A DNA stretch of 47,336 nucleotides, from assembly GCA_035258765.1 (NCBI GenBank), contig DATFWZ010000733.1:1-47336 (forward strand). Direction: 5' to 3'. This DNA comes from Gemmataceae bacterium (GTDB taxonomy: Bacteria; Planctomycetota; Planctomycetia; Gemmatales; Gemmataceae). Below the pieces are notes generated by a model. It saw only the letters and a list, made by a program, of their open reading frames with translations, was not told where the DNA came from and did no database searches. Positions 1-9,576 of this stretch are shown in pieces. The stretch's first letter is position 1, and each line of letters begins with the position of its first letter. The position numbers were made by a program, and so were the translations under genes.

Positions 1-529
1 GGCGGAGACTCATGTTCCCCCCCGCCAGGTGGTGGACCGGCGTCGGCGGTCGCAGCCGCCACGACAGCGGCTGGTCGCTCATATTGCCGTAGGGTTTGCC
101 GTACCAGGTGATCGTCCCAACTGGCTCCGCGGTGCGCGTCGAGAACGGGATGCCATCAGAACCCACATTGGTGAACGGGCCGCCGACCGCCCCGACCCGC
201 GGATTCCGGTAATGGTCAAGGTGTCGCGCCAACCAATCGGGCGGGGCGACTGCGTCGTCGTCGATGAGTAAGACGATTTCTCCGACCGCCGCGTCCAGGG
301 CGGCGTTCTCGGCCGGCACCACCCCGATATCGGGGCTGTGAACAGTGCGCACGGGAAGCCCGGATCGTGCGGCGGCAAGGGCCGCGTTGCGTGTGGCCGT
401 ATCGCCGCCCTGCCAGGCGACAATCACTTCGTCGGCTGGCATTGCCTGGGCGGCCAGGCTGTCCAGGCACCGGGCCAGCGCCGCGGGCCGGCAGCTGGCA
501 ATCAGAACACTTGTGCTCGGGGAGCTCAT
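1..529 (-). CDS. Glycosyltransferase family 2 (GT-A fold); its 3' end runs off the window
   Basis: Absent from the ORF track because there is no stop in the window. Manual reverse translation from the ATG at 529..527 gives MSSPSTSVLIASCRPAALARCLDSLAAQAMPADEVIVAWQGGD...EIVLLIDDDAVAPPDWL. This is the GT2 N-terminal signature with an acidic DxD-type motif. The ATG overlaps the TGA of the upstream gene (ATGA at 526-529). Confidence 0.75.
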   Translation of the reverse strand, partial: MSSPSTSVLIASCRPAALARCLDSLAAQAMPADEVIVAWQGGDTATRNAALAAARSGLPVRTVHSPDIGVVPAENAALDAAVGEIVLLIDDDAVAPPDWLARHLDHYRNPRVGAVGGPFTNVGSDGIPFSTRTAEPVGTITWYGKPYGNMSDQPLSWRLRPPTPVHHLAGGNMSLR

Positions 530-1764
530 GGACTGAACGCCGCGGCATTCTGAGCGGCGACGGGGACCTGTCGGGCGGCGCGGGCCAAGAGGGCTGACAC
601 CGCCGCCACGTGGGCCTCTCGGGAATACGAGTGTGCCATCGCACGCGCCCCTGTGGCCAGGCGGGCCAGATGAACCGGGTCCGCCAGGGCGCGACAGATC
701 GCATCGGCCAGGCCCGCGGCCGTCGGTGGATCGTCGGGGGCGAGTTCCCCGGACACGCCGGGGGCGAGCCAGTCCAGGAGGCCGCCAACCGCGAAGCCGA
801 CCGCGGGCAGCCCAAGACACCCGGCTTCAGTCCCCGACAACCCAAACGTCTCCGGGCAGACACTCGGTATGGCGAGCAGATCGGCGCCGCGCATCAGATC
901 GGCCCGGCGGTCAGGTCCAACCCACCCGTGGAACTCCGCCGGTACACCGCGGCGGGCGGCCAGGGCCTCCATTCGCGGCTGATCCGGCCCATTCCCGGCG
1001 ACAATCAGGCGAAGCGGGCGGCCGAGCCGGGCGGCCGCCTGATCCATTGCTTCGACGAGGAGACAGCCGCCCTTCTCGGGGTACAATCGGCCGACCATCA
1101 ACACCCGGCCGGTTCCGGGGCGCGGCGTTGGGGCCGAGTCGGGCGTAACGCCAGTTGGGAAGAGCGGGATTCGGTGGAGCCGGTCTTCCGGGACGCCGTG
1201 GGCACGATATTCGTCGGCCATGGACCGACTGGCGACCACGACAGCCGCGTATCGCGAGAGCAGCTCAGCTCGGCGGCGCGCTTGCCGATAAAGGCCGATC
1301 ATGGTGAGCGGGTTTCGCCCACCGCATCGGCGCGGGAAGTAGTGGAACAGGCATGCCGGACCGAATTGCCGGTTACACGGGCGGTATGTGGGGAAGGCGT
1401 GTGTCCGGCTCCCGCTCACGCACGTCGCGTTGTGCCCGTGTGCGAACAAGACTGTCGGGAACCGCTCGACCAATGCCTCTTCGTCCGCCGCGTCTTCCAA
1501 GCCATGCAGGTAGGCCACGTCCGGTCCCCAGGCTTCGACAGCGTCGAACACGACCCTCGGGTCTGCACCAGCCAGCTCCCACGACGGGACTTCCGGGTCG
1601 GGTGGATAGAGCCTGGGTCCCTCGGCACAGTTCCCTGTGGAGGTAAGTATGGCAACTTGATACCCCCGGTTTCGCAGGGCCGGGATCAGTTCGCACAAAT
1701 ACGTTTCAATTCCCCCGACAATGGTCGGGTGGGTAGTTGCAACGAGAATCCGAATACCGGGCAT
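526..1764 (-). CDS. Glycosyltransferase family 4 (GT-B fold)
   Basis: 412-aa ORF with an ATG start. The N-terminus RILVATTHPTIVGGIETYLCEL and the C-terminal PSVCPETFGLSGTEAGCLGLPAV (E-x7-E-like) are typical of GT4/GT1-type transferases. Confidence 0.85.
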   Translation of the reverse strand: MPGIRILVATTHPTIVGGIETYLCELIPALRNRGYQVAILTSTGNCAEGPRLYPPDPEVPSWELAGADPRVVFDAVEAWGPDVAYLHGLEDAADEEALVERFPTVLFAHGHNATCVSGSRTHAFPTYRPCNRQFGPACLFHYFPRRCGGRNPLTMIGLYRQARRRAELLSRYAAVVVASRSMADEYRAHGVPEDRLHRIPLFPTGVTPDSAPTPRPGTGRVLMVGRLYPEKGGCLLVEAMDQAAARLGRPLRLIVAGNGPDQPRMEALAARRGVPAEFHGWVGPDRRADLMRGADLLAIPSVCPETFGLSGTEAGCLGLPAVGFAVGGLLDWLAPGVSGELAPDDPPTAAGLADAICRALADPVHLARLATGARAMAHSYSREAHVAAVSALLARAARQVPVAAQNAAAFSP

Positions 1765-1924
1765 GAAGTCCGTCCCGGACCAGCTTCAACCGAACAGCCG
1801 CCGATTAGTTCGTAGCTCCGCGACCATGCTCATCGTGTCGCGATCCAGTTCAGAAAAACGATCCTGATGTGCGGACGACCCAAGTTGTGGCGCGAGGTTG
1901 ATCGTTAGGCTTCGGCAATTCTGG

Positions 1925-2839
1925 TCAGGCAGACCATCGCGCCCGGAGAAGTTTGGGAAGTCGCGGGAGCACATACGCCCACGCTTTCGCCCGCCGCCAA
2001 AAGTCCCAGAGCCGACCACGAGCCAGAGTCTTTGCCAGGGCCCAGGGTCCGTACCGCAGGACGAATCCCGGCAGTACAGCGTACCGGGCATGCAGAAAGT
2101 AGACCGAATATAGGTTCTTGTACTTGTGATACTCGACGAGCGCCGACGCAGTGTTCGGCGGGGGCTCCGCGTGATAAGCTCGGGCCTGGGGCACGACTAC
2201 CACGGGGCGGCCGGCCCGGCGGGCCCGGTGGGACAGGTCGAGGTCTTCGTAATACAGGAAAAAGTCGTCCCTGAATCCGTTCAGCTCTCCGGCCAGGAAA
2301 TCCCTCCGGGCGAATACCACGCTTCCACTAATGAAGGGAACCTCAACCGGTGCCCGGAACTGCCCGTCTGCCAACTCTCCCTCGGAACGAAATCGGAATC
2401 GAAATATAGGGCCGAGGTCATACTCGCCGCCTGCGCAGAGTACTGTTCTGGACTCGCGATTGACGAGCAGCCCGCCAGCCAATCCGGTGTACGGGTGGCT
2501 GGTGAAGTGTTCCACAAGGGCTGATACGTACGTTGGCTCCAGGAGGAGGTCGTCCTCGGTCAGACAGACATACTCTCCGGTCGCCATTCGGATGCCCAGG
2601 TTCATTCCGCCGGCAAATCCGGCGTTCGCGGGGTTGGGGATGAACCGAAATTGCGGGAACCGACGGGCAACCTCGGCTACCATTGCGCTCCGAGGGCTCC
2701 GGTTGTCGATGACAGTGACATCCAGATTCGAGTATGTCTGGGTGCTGAGGCCGGCGAGGGCATCGGCAAGAAGGTGTGGCCGATTGTAGCTCAGACAGAC
2801 GACCGACACTCGCGGCATCGTGTCAGTATTCAGTCTCAT
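1925..2839 (-). CDS. Glycosyltransferase family 2
   Basis: Contains PRVSVVCLSYNRPHLLADALAGLSTQTYSNLDVTVIDNRS and CLTEDDLLLEP (DxD-like). The track ORF starts at a GTG at 2872. I prefer the ATG at 2839 because it forms an ATGA overlap with the upstream stop at 2836-2838. An ATG at 2818 is another option. Confidence 0.8.
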   Translation of the reverse strand: MRLNTDTMPRVSVVCLSYNRPHLLADALAGLSTQTYSNLDVTVIDNRSPRSAMVAEVARRFPQFRFIPNPANAGFAGGMNLGIRMATGEYVCLTEDDLLLEPTYVSALVEHFTSHPYTGLAGGLLVNRESRTVLCAGGEYDLGPIFRFRFRSEGELADGQFRAPVEVPFISGSVVFARRDFLAGELNGFRDDFFLYYEDLDLSHRARRAGRPVVVVPQARAYHAEPPPNTASALVEYHKYKNLYSVYFLHARYAVLPGFVLRYGPWALAKTLARGRLWDFWRRAKAWAYVLPRLPKLLRARWSA

Positions 2840-3987
2840 GACAGGTCCGACCCGACGAGGAGCTGGCGGCACACCGTCACCGGGTCGAATCGCGGTCGCC
2901 AGGTGGCGGCAATCACCACCGGGTCCCGCCGACCGTCATCCCAGGCCTGCGTCTCGTTGAGTATTGCGGTTGCCAGCCCGGCGGCGGTCCGAGCGCGGGC
3001 CACAACCCCGAATGCCCCATTCCGGGTAAACGAGCAGACGCTGTTCACGCTCGCCGGGGCAATCAGCGTACAACCTCGGCACAGGGCCTCATTCACCACG
3101 ACCGGTGCCCCTTCCCAACGGGATGACATGACCAGGGACCGGCTCCCGCCCAATAGTGCCGCAATGGCTTCCGGCGGCTGCGGGCCAAGGATCTGGACTT
3201 GCGGGTAGCGGCGGGCGACCGGGCCGAATGCCGATTCGCCGCCGGGGCCGACGAGCACGAACTCGATCTCCGGACGAGCGGCCAGCACCCGCCGGACAGA
3301 CGCGGCCAGCAATGGAGCGTCCTTCTGCGGGTCGTCCCAGCGACCGACGGCCATGATCCGCGGCGGCCTCTCGCGGGCAACTTCCCCGACCAAATAGCAA
3401 TCGTCCACCGGGTACGGGATCACGGCCAGCTTGGCCGTCAGGTCGGCTCGCTGATGGTGCCCAAAGAAGTGAGCCAAATCCGTCCGTGCGTGTTCGCTCC
3501 CCATGGCGACGACGTCGGCCAACTCGGCGCACTCCAGCACAGGCCGGTCGAAATCGGCGGAATGACCCAGATATCGCTGCGCCCAATACTTGGCAGCCCG
3601 TAGCCGGTCGAGCTGCCGCGGGTGCTGCCAGTAACTCTTAACGAGCGTGGCGGCCGGAAACACGCGCGCCCCAACCCGCCCGTCGCTGTCCGCGACCGAC
3701 GCAACCCATGGGCAGGCCGCCTTCAGAGCCCCGACTATTTCCGGGAGCCTGAGCCAGGTCACGACGACGGCGGCGTCCAGTCGCAGGGCGCGGTAGAACT
3801 CAGCGGTCCGGAGGGCCGCTTCATTCGGAGCAATGACCATCGGCTCGGTATACCCGGGTGCTGCGGCCGGCAGGCATACCGTGACCGGATTGTGCCCGAG
3901 GGCCCGAAACCCGCGGCTGTACCGCTCGTACCGTACCGAAATCCGAGTCAAAGGTTGCTCGGCAGCCCACAGCAGGGCGACCCGCAT
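2836..3987 (-). CDS. Glycosyltransferase, GT4-like (GT-B fold)
   Basis: 383-aa ORF with an ATG start. The C-terminal half has VLVGPGG...SSRWEGAPVVVNEALCRGCTLIA, resembling the GT-B nucleotide-sugar binding half. The N-terminal half is divergent. Confidence 0.7.
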   Translation of the reverse strand: MRVALLWAAEQPLTRISVRYERYSRGFRALGHNPVTVCLPAAAPGYTEPMVIAPNEAALRTAEFYRALRLDAAVVVTWLRLPEIVGALKAACPWVASVADSDGRVGARVFPAATLVKSYWQHPRQLDRLRAAKYWAQRYLGHSADFDRPVLECAELADVVAMGSEHARTDLAHFFGHHQRADLTAKLAVIPYPVDDCYLVGEVARERPPRIMAVGRWDDPQKDAPLLAASVRRVLAARPEIEFVLVGPGGESAFGPVARRYPQVQILGPQPPEAIAALLGGSRSLVMSSRWEGAPVVVNEALCRGCTLIAPASVNSVCSFTRNGAFGVVARARTAAGLATAILNETQAWDDGRRDPVVIAATWRPRFDPVTVCRQLLVGSDLS

Positions 3988-4006
3988 GTTGCTCTCCCGG
4001 CCGCGG

Positions 4007-5512
4007 TCAGTGCACTGGCCCTCGAATCCACCGGCGAATGGAGGAGATGGCGGCGGCCCGGTAACCGGCGAGCGGCTCGTGGGCGAACAGGGAAAGGACG
4101 ACCGCGGCGTATGCGGTCAGCCCGCCAACCAGCAGCCCTCCGGCGACGGCCGGCTCGGCCGCGGCCGGGGTAAACGACACGGCGGCTACCGGCCCGGCGA
4201 CGGCGACGAACCGGATCAACCACGGCACGGCCCATCGAACCGCCCCGGCCGCGGAAACACCTTGTGCCGTCGCCAGTGTGACGACGGCCGACGCTCCGGA
4301 GGTCAGTACGAGCCCGGTGAGCGAACCGAGGGGGACACCAATTGCCCCGAAGGCGGTCACCCACGCGACCATCGCGGCCACCGTGACCACGCCGTCGGCC
4401 AGGGCGGCGACCGCCAGCCGACGGTCGTACCCGAGAGCGAACACCGCCTGGTTTAGTGCGTACACGAAGTGACGGGCGACCATGGCCAGCACGGCGAGTA
4501 GGACCAGGGCTGGCCCCCCGAACTGTTCCGGTCCAACCCATCGCGGGACGAACGCAGCGCTCACCGCCAGGACGGCGATTGTCAGTCCGCCGCTCAACAA
4601 CATCATCCCGAGGCCGGCCGCCCGGCACGCCCGCCACACTCGGACCCGATCCTCGCCGGCCTGCAACTCGGCCAGGGCGGGCAGAGCCGTTGTCCCGATT
4701 AGGTACGGCTGGTTGTTCACCACCGCGACCAGTTTGACCGTGCAGGCGTACACGACCACGACGGTCGGCCCCGCCACCCAGCCCAGGACGATCAGGTCCA
4801 CTCCGTTCAGGAGGAGCAGGGCCACTTGACGGACGCTCGTCCACCCGCTCGGGGCCAGCCCCCCGGCGAGTGCCGCCCGGCCCGGCCACCCGCCGGGCCC
4901 GCCGACAGATGGAAATCGCGTCCGCAGTCGTGCCCAACAGGCCGCACACCCAGCCAACTGCCCGGCGGCCCAGCCGACCGCCAGACCGTAAAGCCCACAC
5001 CCTGCCAGTACCAGACTGACCGACACCGCGGTGGCCACCGCCCACGTCCCAGCCTGGACGACCCCACCGAAGGTTAGATCCTGGAGCCCGGTCAGGACTG
5101 CGCCGGGAACCCGGAGCGGAAATTGAACGACGAACCCGCCCAGAATCACCGCCAGGGGACCGGCCAGCTCCGGGCGGGCGGCGGTGACTCCAGCCCAAAC
5201 CCCAGTCGCCACGACGGTGACCAGCGGCATTTGCAGCCAGACCAGCCAGGCCGCTCGGTTCACGACGGCCGCCAAGTCACGCCCGGCCGACCCTGCAGCC
5301 GCCGCCACTTCTCGCGGCAGGACGGCCGTTACTCCCAGATCAAGCAGTCCGAGCAGGGCAAGTACCTGCCCGACCGACAGCCACCGGCCGTAGTCGATCG
5401 TCCCGAGCTCGCCCAGCAGGACCGGGGTGAGGACGAGCCCTGTCAGCGCGACGACGGCTTGATACCCGTACCCGATCGTGACGGCCCGGGCGATGCGCGC
5501 GGACCTACTCAC
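4007..5512 (-). CDS. Wzx-like oligosaccharide flippase (MOP superfamily polysaccharide biosynthesis protein)
   Basis: 501-aa ORF with a GTG start. It is hydrophobic throughout with many predicted TM segments. The N-terminus ARAVTIGYGYQAVVALTGLVLTPVLLGELGTIDYGRW is typical of flippase family proteins. It lies inside a glycosyltransferase operon. Confidence 0.7.
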   Translation of the reverse strand: MSRSARIARAVTIGYGYQAVVALTGLVLTPVLLGELGTIDYGRWLSVGQVLALLGLLDLGVTAVLPREVAAAAGSAGRDLAAVVNRAAWLVWLQMPLVTVVATGVWAGVTAARPELAGPLAVILGGFVVQFPLRVPGAVLTGLQDLTFGGVVQAGTWAVATAVSVSLVLAGCGLYGLAVGWAAGQLAGCAACWARLRTRFPSVGGPGGWPGRAALAGGLAPSGWTSVRQVALLLLNGVDLIVLGWVAGPTVVVVYACTVKLVAVVNNQPYLIGTTALPALAELQAGEDRVRVWRACRAAGLGMMLLSGGLTIAVLAVSAAFVPRWVGPEQFGGPALVLLAVLAMVARHFVYALNQAVFALGYDRRLAVAALADGVVTVAAMVAWVTAFGAIGVPLGSLTGLVLTSGASAVVTLATAQGVSAAGAVRWAVPWLIRFVAVAGPVAAVSFTPAAAEPAVAGGLLVGGLTAYAAVVLSLFAHEPLAGYRAAAISSIRRWIRGPVH

Positions 5513-6797
5513 GGTCTCGCCCCGCCTCTCGGACCCGGACCAGGATGCCCATCATGACGAGTAGCATCACTGACTGGGGGACCGCGCTGAGGGCTCCGGT
5601 CCCGATAAAGCCCGTCACCCAGATCGACACACACAGCCCATACATGATCATCACGCCAGCGCCCCAACGGGCCCACAGCAGAAGTGGTGGAGGGGACCGA
5701 AGCAGCCAGACCAAAAACGCCAGCCAGCCAGCCAGCCCGACCCATCCCTGATCGACCAAGATGCGGGAGAACTCGTTCTCAAGGCCCACTTGCTCCGGTG
5801 CACGGTCAGCCAGGAAGAATGGAATACTCGTCCCCACCGACGACCCCATGCCGGCCCCCATTGGATACGTGGTCAGCAGTTCCAGGAACGACTCGTTGGC
5901 ACTCCCCTTGACGCGCCCCGATATTGCCTCAGTGTCCTCCAGTGTGCCGGCTCGCTGCATCCGTTCGTCGGTCAACGCGACCCCGATCGCGGTTGCTATC
6001 AGGCCGATCGCGACAAGCCCAACCTTCGGGTCAAACCTGGTGAAAACCCACGTCGCCAGGGTCGTAACGGCGAACATCACCACCGGCATGCGGGCGGCGC
6101 AGAGAAGAATGCCGGCCGCCGCCGCAGCCACACCGGCCGCCACGAGAACACGGTCCGGCCAGCCGACCCGTGGCCCGAAGAGGTGGCCGAGTAGAAACGG
6201 CAGCGAGTACAGCATCGTCCCGCCGTAGGCGTGTGAGCTCAGAAACGTCGACGGAATCCGATAGTACTCATAATTCCCGACGTCCTTTGACTTGTAGATG
6301 ATCTGGGTGACCGCGTTCTCTGGGTACAGAGCCTCCACCCCGTTGTGGTACACGTAAACCCCACCGGCGAGGGCAACCAGGTTCATTACTGCGAGTACTC
6401 GTGTCACCACCGTGAGGTCTGTGGAGTTAAGCCGAGAGGCGATCAACACGACGGGAAGGAACCAAACGGTCCCCCGGAGGGCGACCAGTTGAACGAGCAG
6501 ATCGTTCACCGGCATCAGGGTCATCAGTGTCGGCCAGGCGATCAGGAACAGTAGGTACTTGGCTGCGCTCCCGGACCAAACCCCGGCAAACCGCCGCGAG
6601 TGGAACAGATATGCCCCGGCGTAGAGTCCGAGTAGTCCGCCGTCAAACGTGAACGTGCTGAACACGCCGAGAAAGTTCGCCCGAGCCACGCCGTTGACGT
6701 ACCCGACAGCGATGGCCGCGCCGACGCCCAGTCCGAGCGTCCGACAAGTGGCCATCAAAGTGACCGCCAATGCGGCGAGGGGGAATACGGCATCCAT
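5505..6797 (-). CDS. Wzy-like polymerase / O-antigen ligase family membrane protein
   Basis: 430-aa multi-TM protein with one large loop (TDERMQRAGTLEDTEAISGRVKG...) followed by GLENEFSRILVDQGWVGLAGW, as in Wzy_C-type proteins. Its ATG directly abuts the upstream stop (TGAATG at 6795-6800). Confidence 0.6.
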   Translation of the reverse strand: MDAVFPLAALAVTLMATCRTLGLGVGAAIAVGYVNGVARANFLGVFSTFTFDGGLLGLYAGAYLFHSRRFAGVWSGSAAKYLLFLIAWPTLMTLMPVNDLLVQLVALRGTVWFLPVVLIASRLNSTDLTVVTRVLAVMNLVALAGGVYVYHNGVEALYPENAVTQIIYKSKDVGNYEYYRIPSTFLSSHAYGGTMLYSLPFLLGHLFGPRVGWPDRVLVAAGVAAAAAGILLCAARMPVVMFAVTTLATWVFTRFDPKVGLVAIGLIATAIGVALTDERMQRAGTLEDTEAISGRVKGSANESFLELLTTYPMGAGMGSSVGTSIPFFLADRAPEQVGLENEFSRILVDQGWVGLAGWLAFLVWLLRSPPPLLLWARWGAGVMIMYGLCVSIWVTGFIGTGALSAVPQSVMLLVMMGILVRVREAGRDRE

Positions 6798-7688
6798 TCA
6801 AGCGACCTTGGCGGCCGGCACGCCGCGGACGCGGGCCCGCAGATCGGACGCGAGCTGCCCGACCGGTCCGACGCGCGCCGCTGCCCGGACGCGAATCGAC
6901 GCCGGCGGGCCGCCCGGCGAAACATTCCGGCCGGCATACGCGAACAGGTGGTGCCGAAAAGTCGATACGAAATGCACCGCGACCGACTCGTTGCCGTACC
7001 CAGCCATGTCCGCCGTCGCCACGACGAGTTGGCGCGGATCCCATAGCCCACACCTGGCCCGCCCGGCCAGCGCCGCCCAGCATGTTTGCTCTGCCCAGTA
7101 CCACCGCCGGCCCCAGACCGGATGGTTCCCAAGCCGCCCGAGCAGCCACTCCAGGAAGTCCAAGTCGAGGAACGCCGGCCGTGCCCGGACGACTCCGGTA
7201 TTCACCCGCGAGCCAAGCCGGACCGGTCCGACCGGCCACAAATGCCACGGGCGAACCGCGTACGCCTCCTTGACGTCCGCCATGAATACTGCCGGGAACG
7301 CCAAGCTCGCCCCCCCAAAAAGCCCCGCGTACCGTCGCAGGAACAATACGTCGCTATCCGCGTATCGGAGTTCGCCAGTCTCCAGCAGGGCGATGTCGAA
7401 CACCTTCAGGAAGAGGGGGCTGCTCGACCGCGCGGCGAGGCAGCGGGGGTACTTGGCCAGCCGCGGAACCACAGCCGCGTCCGACTCCGCTCGACCGACG
7501 AACTCTGCTCCGGGGAGGGCTTGCCGGAGGGCGTTCCGGCCGGCATCGCCCAGTGTCCCGTCCTCGTGTACGATGAGCCGGACCGGGTCGGCCGAATACC
7601 GAGCCAGTGTTGGCAGACAGGTCAGGGAGACCTCGAGGGTCTTTTGCCCAAGCAGGGTCCGCACGGTCACCGGGTTTGTGGCGAACAT
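6798..7688 (-). CDS. Putative GT-A fold nucleotide-sugar transferase (GT8-like); function uncertain
   Basis: 296-aa ORF with an ATG preceded by GAGGAG. It has a DxD-like motif (YADSDVLFL) and a later VNTGVV, reminiscent of GT8-type enzymes. I recognise no stronger signature. Confidence 0.5.
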   Translation of the reverse strand: MFATNPVTVRTLLGQKTLEVSLTCLPTLARYSADPVRLIVHEDGTLGDAGRNALRQALPGAEFVGRAESDAAVVPRLAKYPRCLAARSSSPLFLKVFDIALLETGELRYADSDVLFLRRYAGLFGGASLAFPAVFMADVKEAYAVRPWHLWPVGPVRLGSRVNTGVVRARPAFLDLDFLEWLLGRLGNHPVWGRRWYWAEQTCWAALAGRARCGLWDPRQLVVATADMAGYGNESVAVHFVSTFRHHLFAYAGRNVSPGGPPASIRVRAAARVGPVGQLASDLRARVRGVPAAKVA

Positions 7689-8449
7689 CCCGTCTCCTCG
7701 TGAAGCAACAAGCCCCCGGCGGACTGAGCCACGTCGTTGACCAGCAGCACCTCGAACTGGAGCACCCGACCTGTAAGGTGGTCAACTGCGACGGTGTCGG
7801 CTGAGAATACTCCGAAGCCTCGCTGGGCGAGCCAGTGGACCACTTCGGGCAGCAGGCCTTCTCCCCTATATAGAGGTAGCGTCGACAGCTCGACCTCGAC
7901 GGCCAGGACGTGCCCGAGGATCTGCTCGGCTCCTGCGAGAGCCTGCAGTTCGTACCCCTGAATGTCCAGCTTCAGATAGACACGATCGTCCGGTCGAACG
8001 TGGTCCAGTGCGATCGAGTCGAGCCGCCGGAGGGGCACGCGGCGCTGACGAGTCCTGGTCCACTCCCCGGTGATCGACGCCCCGGTCGCCGGTAGCAGCG
8101 AGCTGACCTGGGAGAACTCGGCGACGTGGAAGTCAGCCTCCCCGTCCCGCTCCCCGAGTGCGACACGGATCGCCTCCCACTTGGGGTCACCCGCGACCGC
8201 CGCTTGCAGTTCTTCGAAGACTTCCGGAATTGGCTCAAACGACGCGATCCGCCCCGTGTACCCGGCGGCCCGAAGCTGCCGCCCGTACTGGCCGGCATTG
8301 GCTCCGCCGTCGAATACCAAGGTGATGTCCAGGTCCCGGAGGAGCTTCCGCTTCCGCAGATCGTGGACTCGCCGGTGGTTGTACGCGAACACCTCGAACC
8401 CAAGCGCGCGGGCACCACGCCGGGCTAGATCTTTCATCCTGCTCAGCAT
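7667..8449 (-). CDS. FkbM family methyltransferase
   Basis: Contains FDGGANAGQYGRQLRAAGYTGRIASFEPIPEVFEEL...ADFHVAEFSQVSSLL, which matches the FkbM-type SAM methyltransferase pattern. The track ORF extends to 8647, but that extension is Arg/Pro/Gly-rich. The ATG at 8449 overlaps the upstream stop (GTGATG). Confidence 0.8.
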   Translation of the reverse strand: MLSRMKDLARRGARALGFEVFAYNHRRVHDLRKRKLLRDLDITLVFDGGANAGQYGRQLRAAGYTGRIASFEPIPEVFEELQAAVAGDPKWEAIRVALGERDGEADFHVAEFSQVSSLLPATGASITGEWTRTRQRRVPLRRLDSIALDHVRPDDRVYLKLDIQGYELQALAGAEQILGHVLAVEVELSTLPLYRGEGLLPEVVHWLAQRGFGVFSADTVAVDHLTGRVLQFEVLLVNDVAQSAGGLLLHEETGCSPQTR

Positions 8450-9576
8450 CACGCGGTTCCCTGAGCCCGACTCGGAGGGGAGGAAACGAGGGCCGCAAGG
8501 CGCTGAAGCCGGACGGCCGGGTCGCACAGGGCGGCGGCCCGCGCTCGGCCGGCGGCGACCAGCTCCCGCCTGCCGGAGTCGGTGATCAACGAATGGAGCG
8601 CGGCGGCGATTGCCGCACCATCCTCCGGCGGCGTCAGCACGCCGCATGTCTCATCCACGATTTCGGTCGCGCCGCCGAATCCCGTCGTGACTACCGGCAA
8701 ACCGGTGTAGAGGGCTTCGACCAACGCCAGCCCGAATGGCTCGGGCGCAGTGTTCGGCTGGCAATAGATGTCTGCCGCGGCCATCAGCCGGCGGACATCC
8801 GATCGCTGACCGAGGAACCGCACTCGGCCAGATATGCCAGTCCGCCTGGCCGCGGCTGCCAGTTCGCCCAAGAGTTCGGACTCACCGGCCTTCTGCGGTC
8901 CCCCCACAATCCACGCCTCCCAGTCGGGAACTTCTTTCAGTCGGGCCAACGCATCCAAATGGATCGCGTGCCCCTTCCAGCGCTCGAGTCGACTTGACTG
9001 AAGAATCACCACGGCCTCGTCGGGCGTTCCCAGCTCCTCCCGTGTCCGTCGCCGGGCACCGGGCCGATCGCAAAGGTCCGACGCAGGAACTGGGAGATAC
9101 ACGACCTCCACCTGGGACCGAGAGAACACCTTCGCCGCCGGTCCGGCCGTGAATCGACTGTTGGCGATCACCAGGTCTGGCCGCGTCCGGGCGGCCCAGT
9201 TGTCAATCCAATTCGGCGTGGACAGGTCGCCATGGACGGAGTGCACCAACCGTACGTCCGCCTGGCGGGCGACCGGGGCGAATACCGCGTGCGGCCAACA
9301 CCCATGTGTCACCACAGCGTCGAACCGTTCTGCCCGCAACACGCGCTTCAGCCGCCGGCGGGCCGCGAGCACGGTCCACGGCCGACTCAGCCGGACCGCC
9401 CCCAGGTCGTGAACCGGCACACCCTCCGCGACTAACTCATTCCGCAGCCGGCCGGCGAAGCAGAGGCCGAAGTGCGGCCCCATTTCCGGGGCCAGGTGGC
9501 GGCAGTGGGCCAAGGTCCGCAGGTACGTCTCGATCCCGCCGTACAGGTTCCCCGCCGTCAGGTGTAAGACGCGCAC
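8449..9576 (-). CDS. Glycosyltransferase family 4
   Basis: Contains (M)RVLHLTAGNLYGGIETYLRTLA... and CQPNTAPEPFGLALVEALYTGLPVV (E-x7-E). The track ORF reaches 9900, but residues before this point are low-complexity and overlap the upstream gene. The GTG at 9576..9574 gives a canonical GT4 N-terminus. Confidence 0.8.
   Translation of the reverse strand: MRVLHLTAGNLYGGIETYLRTLAHCRHLAPEMGPHFGLCFAGRLRNELVAEGVPVHDLGAVRLSRPWTVLAARRRLKRVLRAERFDAVVTHGCWPHAVFAPVARQADVRLVHSVHGDLSTPNWIDNWAARTRPDLVIANSRFTAGPAAKVFSRSQVEVVYLPVPASDLCDRPGARRRTREELGTPDEAVVILQSSRLERWKGHAIHLDALARLKEVPDWEAWIVGGPQKAGESELLGELAAAARRTGISGRVRFLGQRSDVRRLMAAADIYCQPNTAPEPFGLALVEALYTGLPVVTTGFGGATEIVDETCGVLTPPEDGAAIAAALHSLITDSGRRELVAAGRARAAALCDPAVRLQRLAALVSSPPSRAQGTA

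Noticed and set aside
610-1815. 401-aa plus-strand ORF (with 633..1148 and 216..863) overlapping the GT4 gene
   Set aside because: It lies wholly antisense or out of frame to a gene with clear GT4 motifs. The translation is Arg/Gly/Pro-rich with no recognisable domain. This is the typical shadow ORF of high-GC DNA.
3948-5198. 416-aa minus-strand ORF in an alternative frame of the flippase gene
   Set aside because: It is extremely Arg/Gly/Pro-rich (..GRRRRAAGWRADRIRRGRPFPVRPRAARR..). The flippase frame gives a coherent multi-TM protein instead.
6649-7740. 363-aa plus-strand ORF across the Wzy-like and GT8-like genes
   Set aside because: It is antisense to two well-framed genes joined by a TGAATG junction. 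It is low-complexity and Ser/Arg/Pro/Thr-rich.
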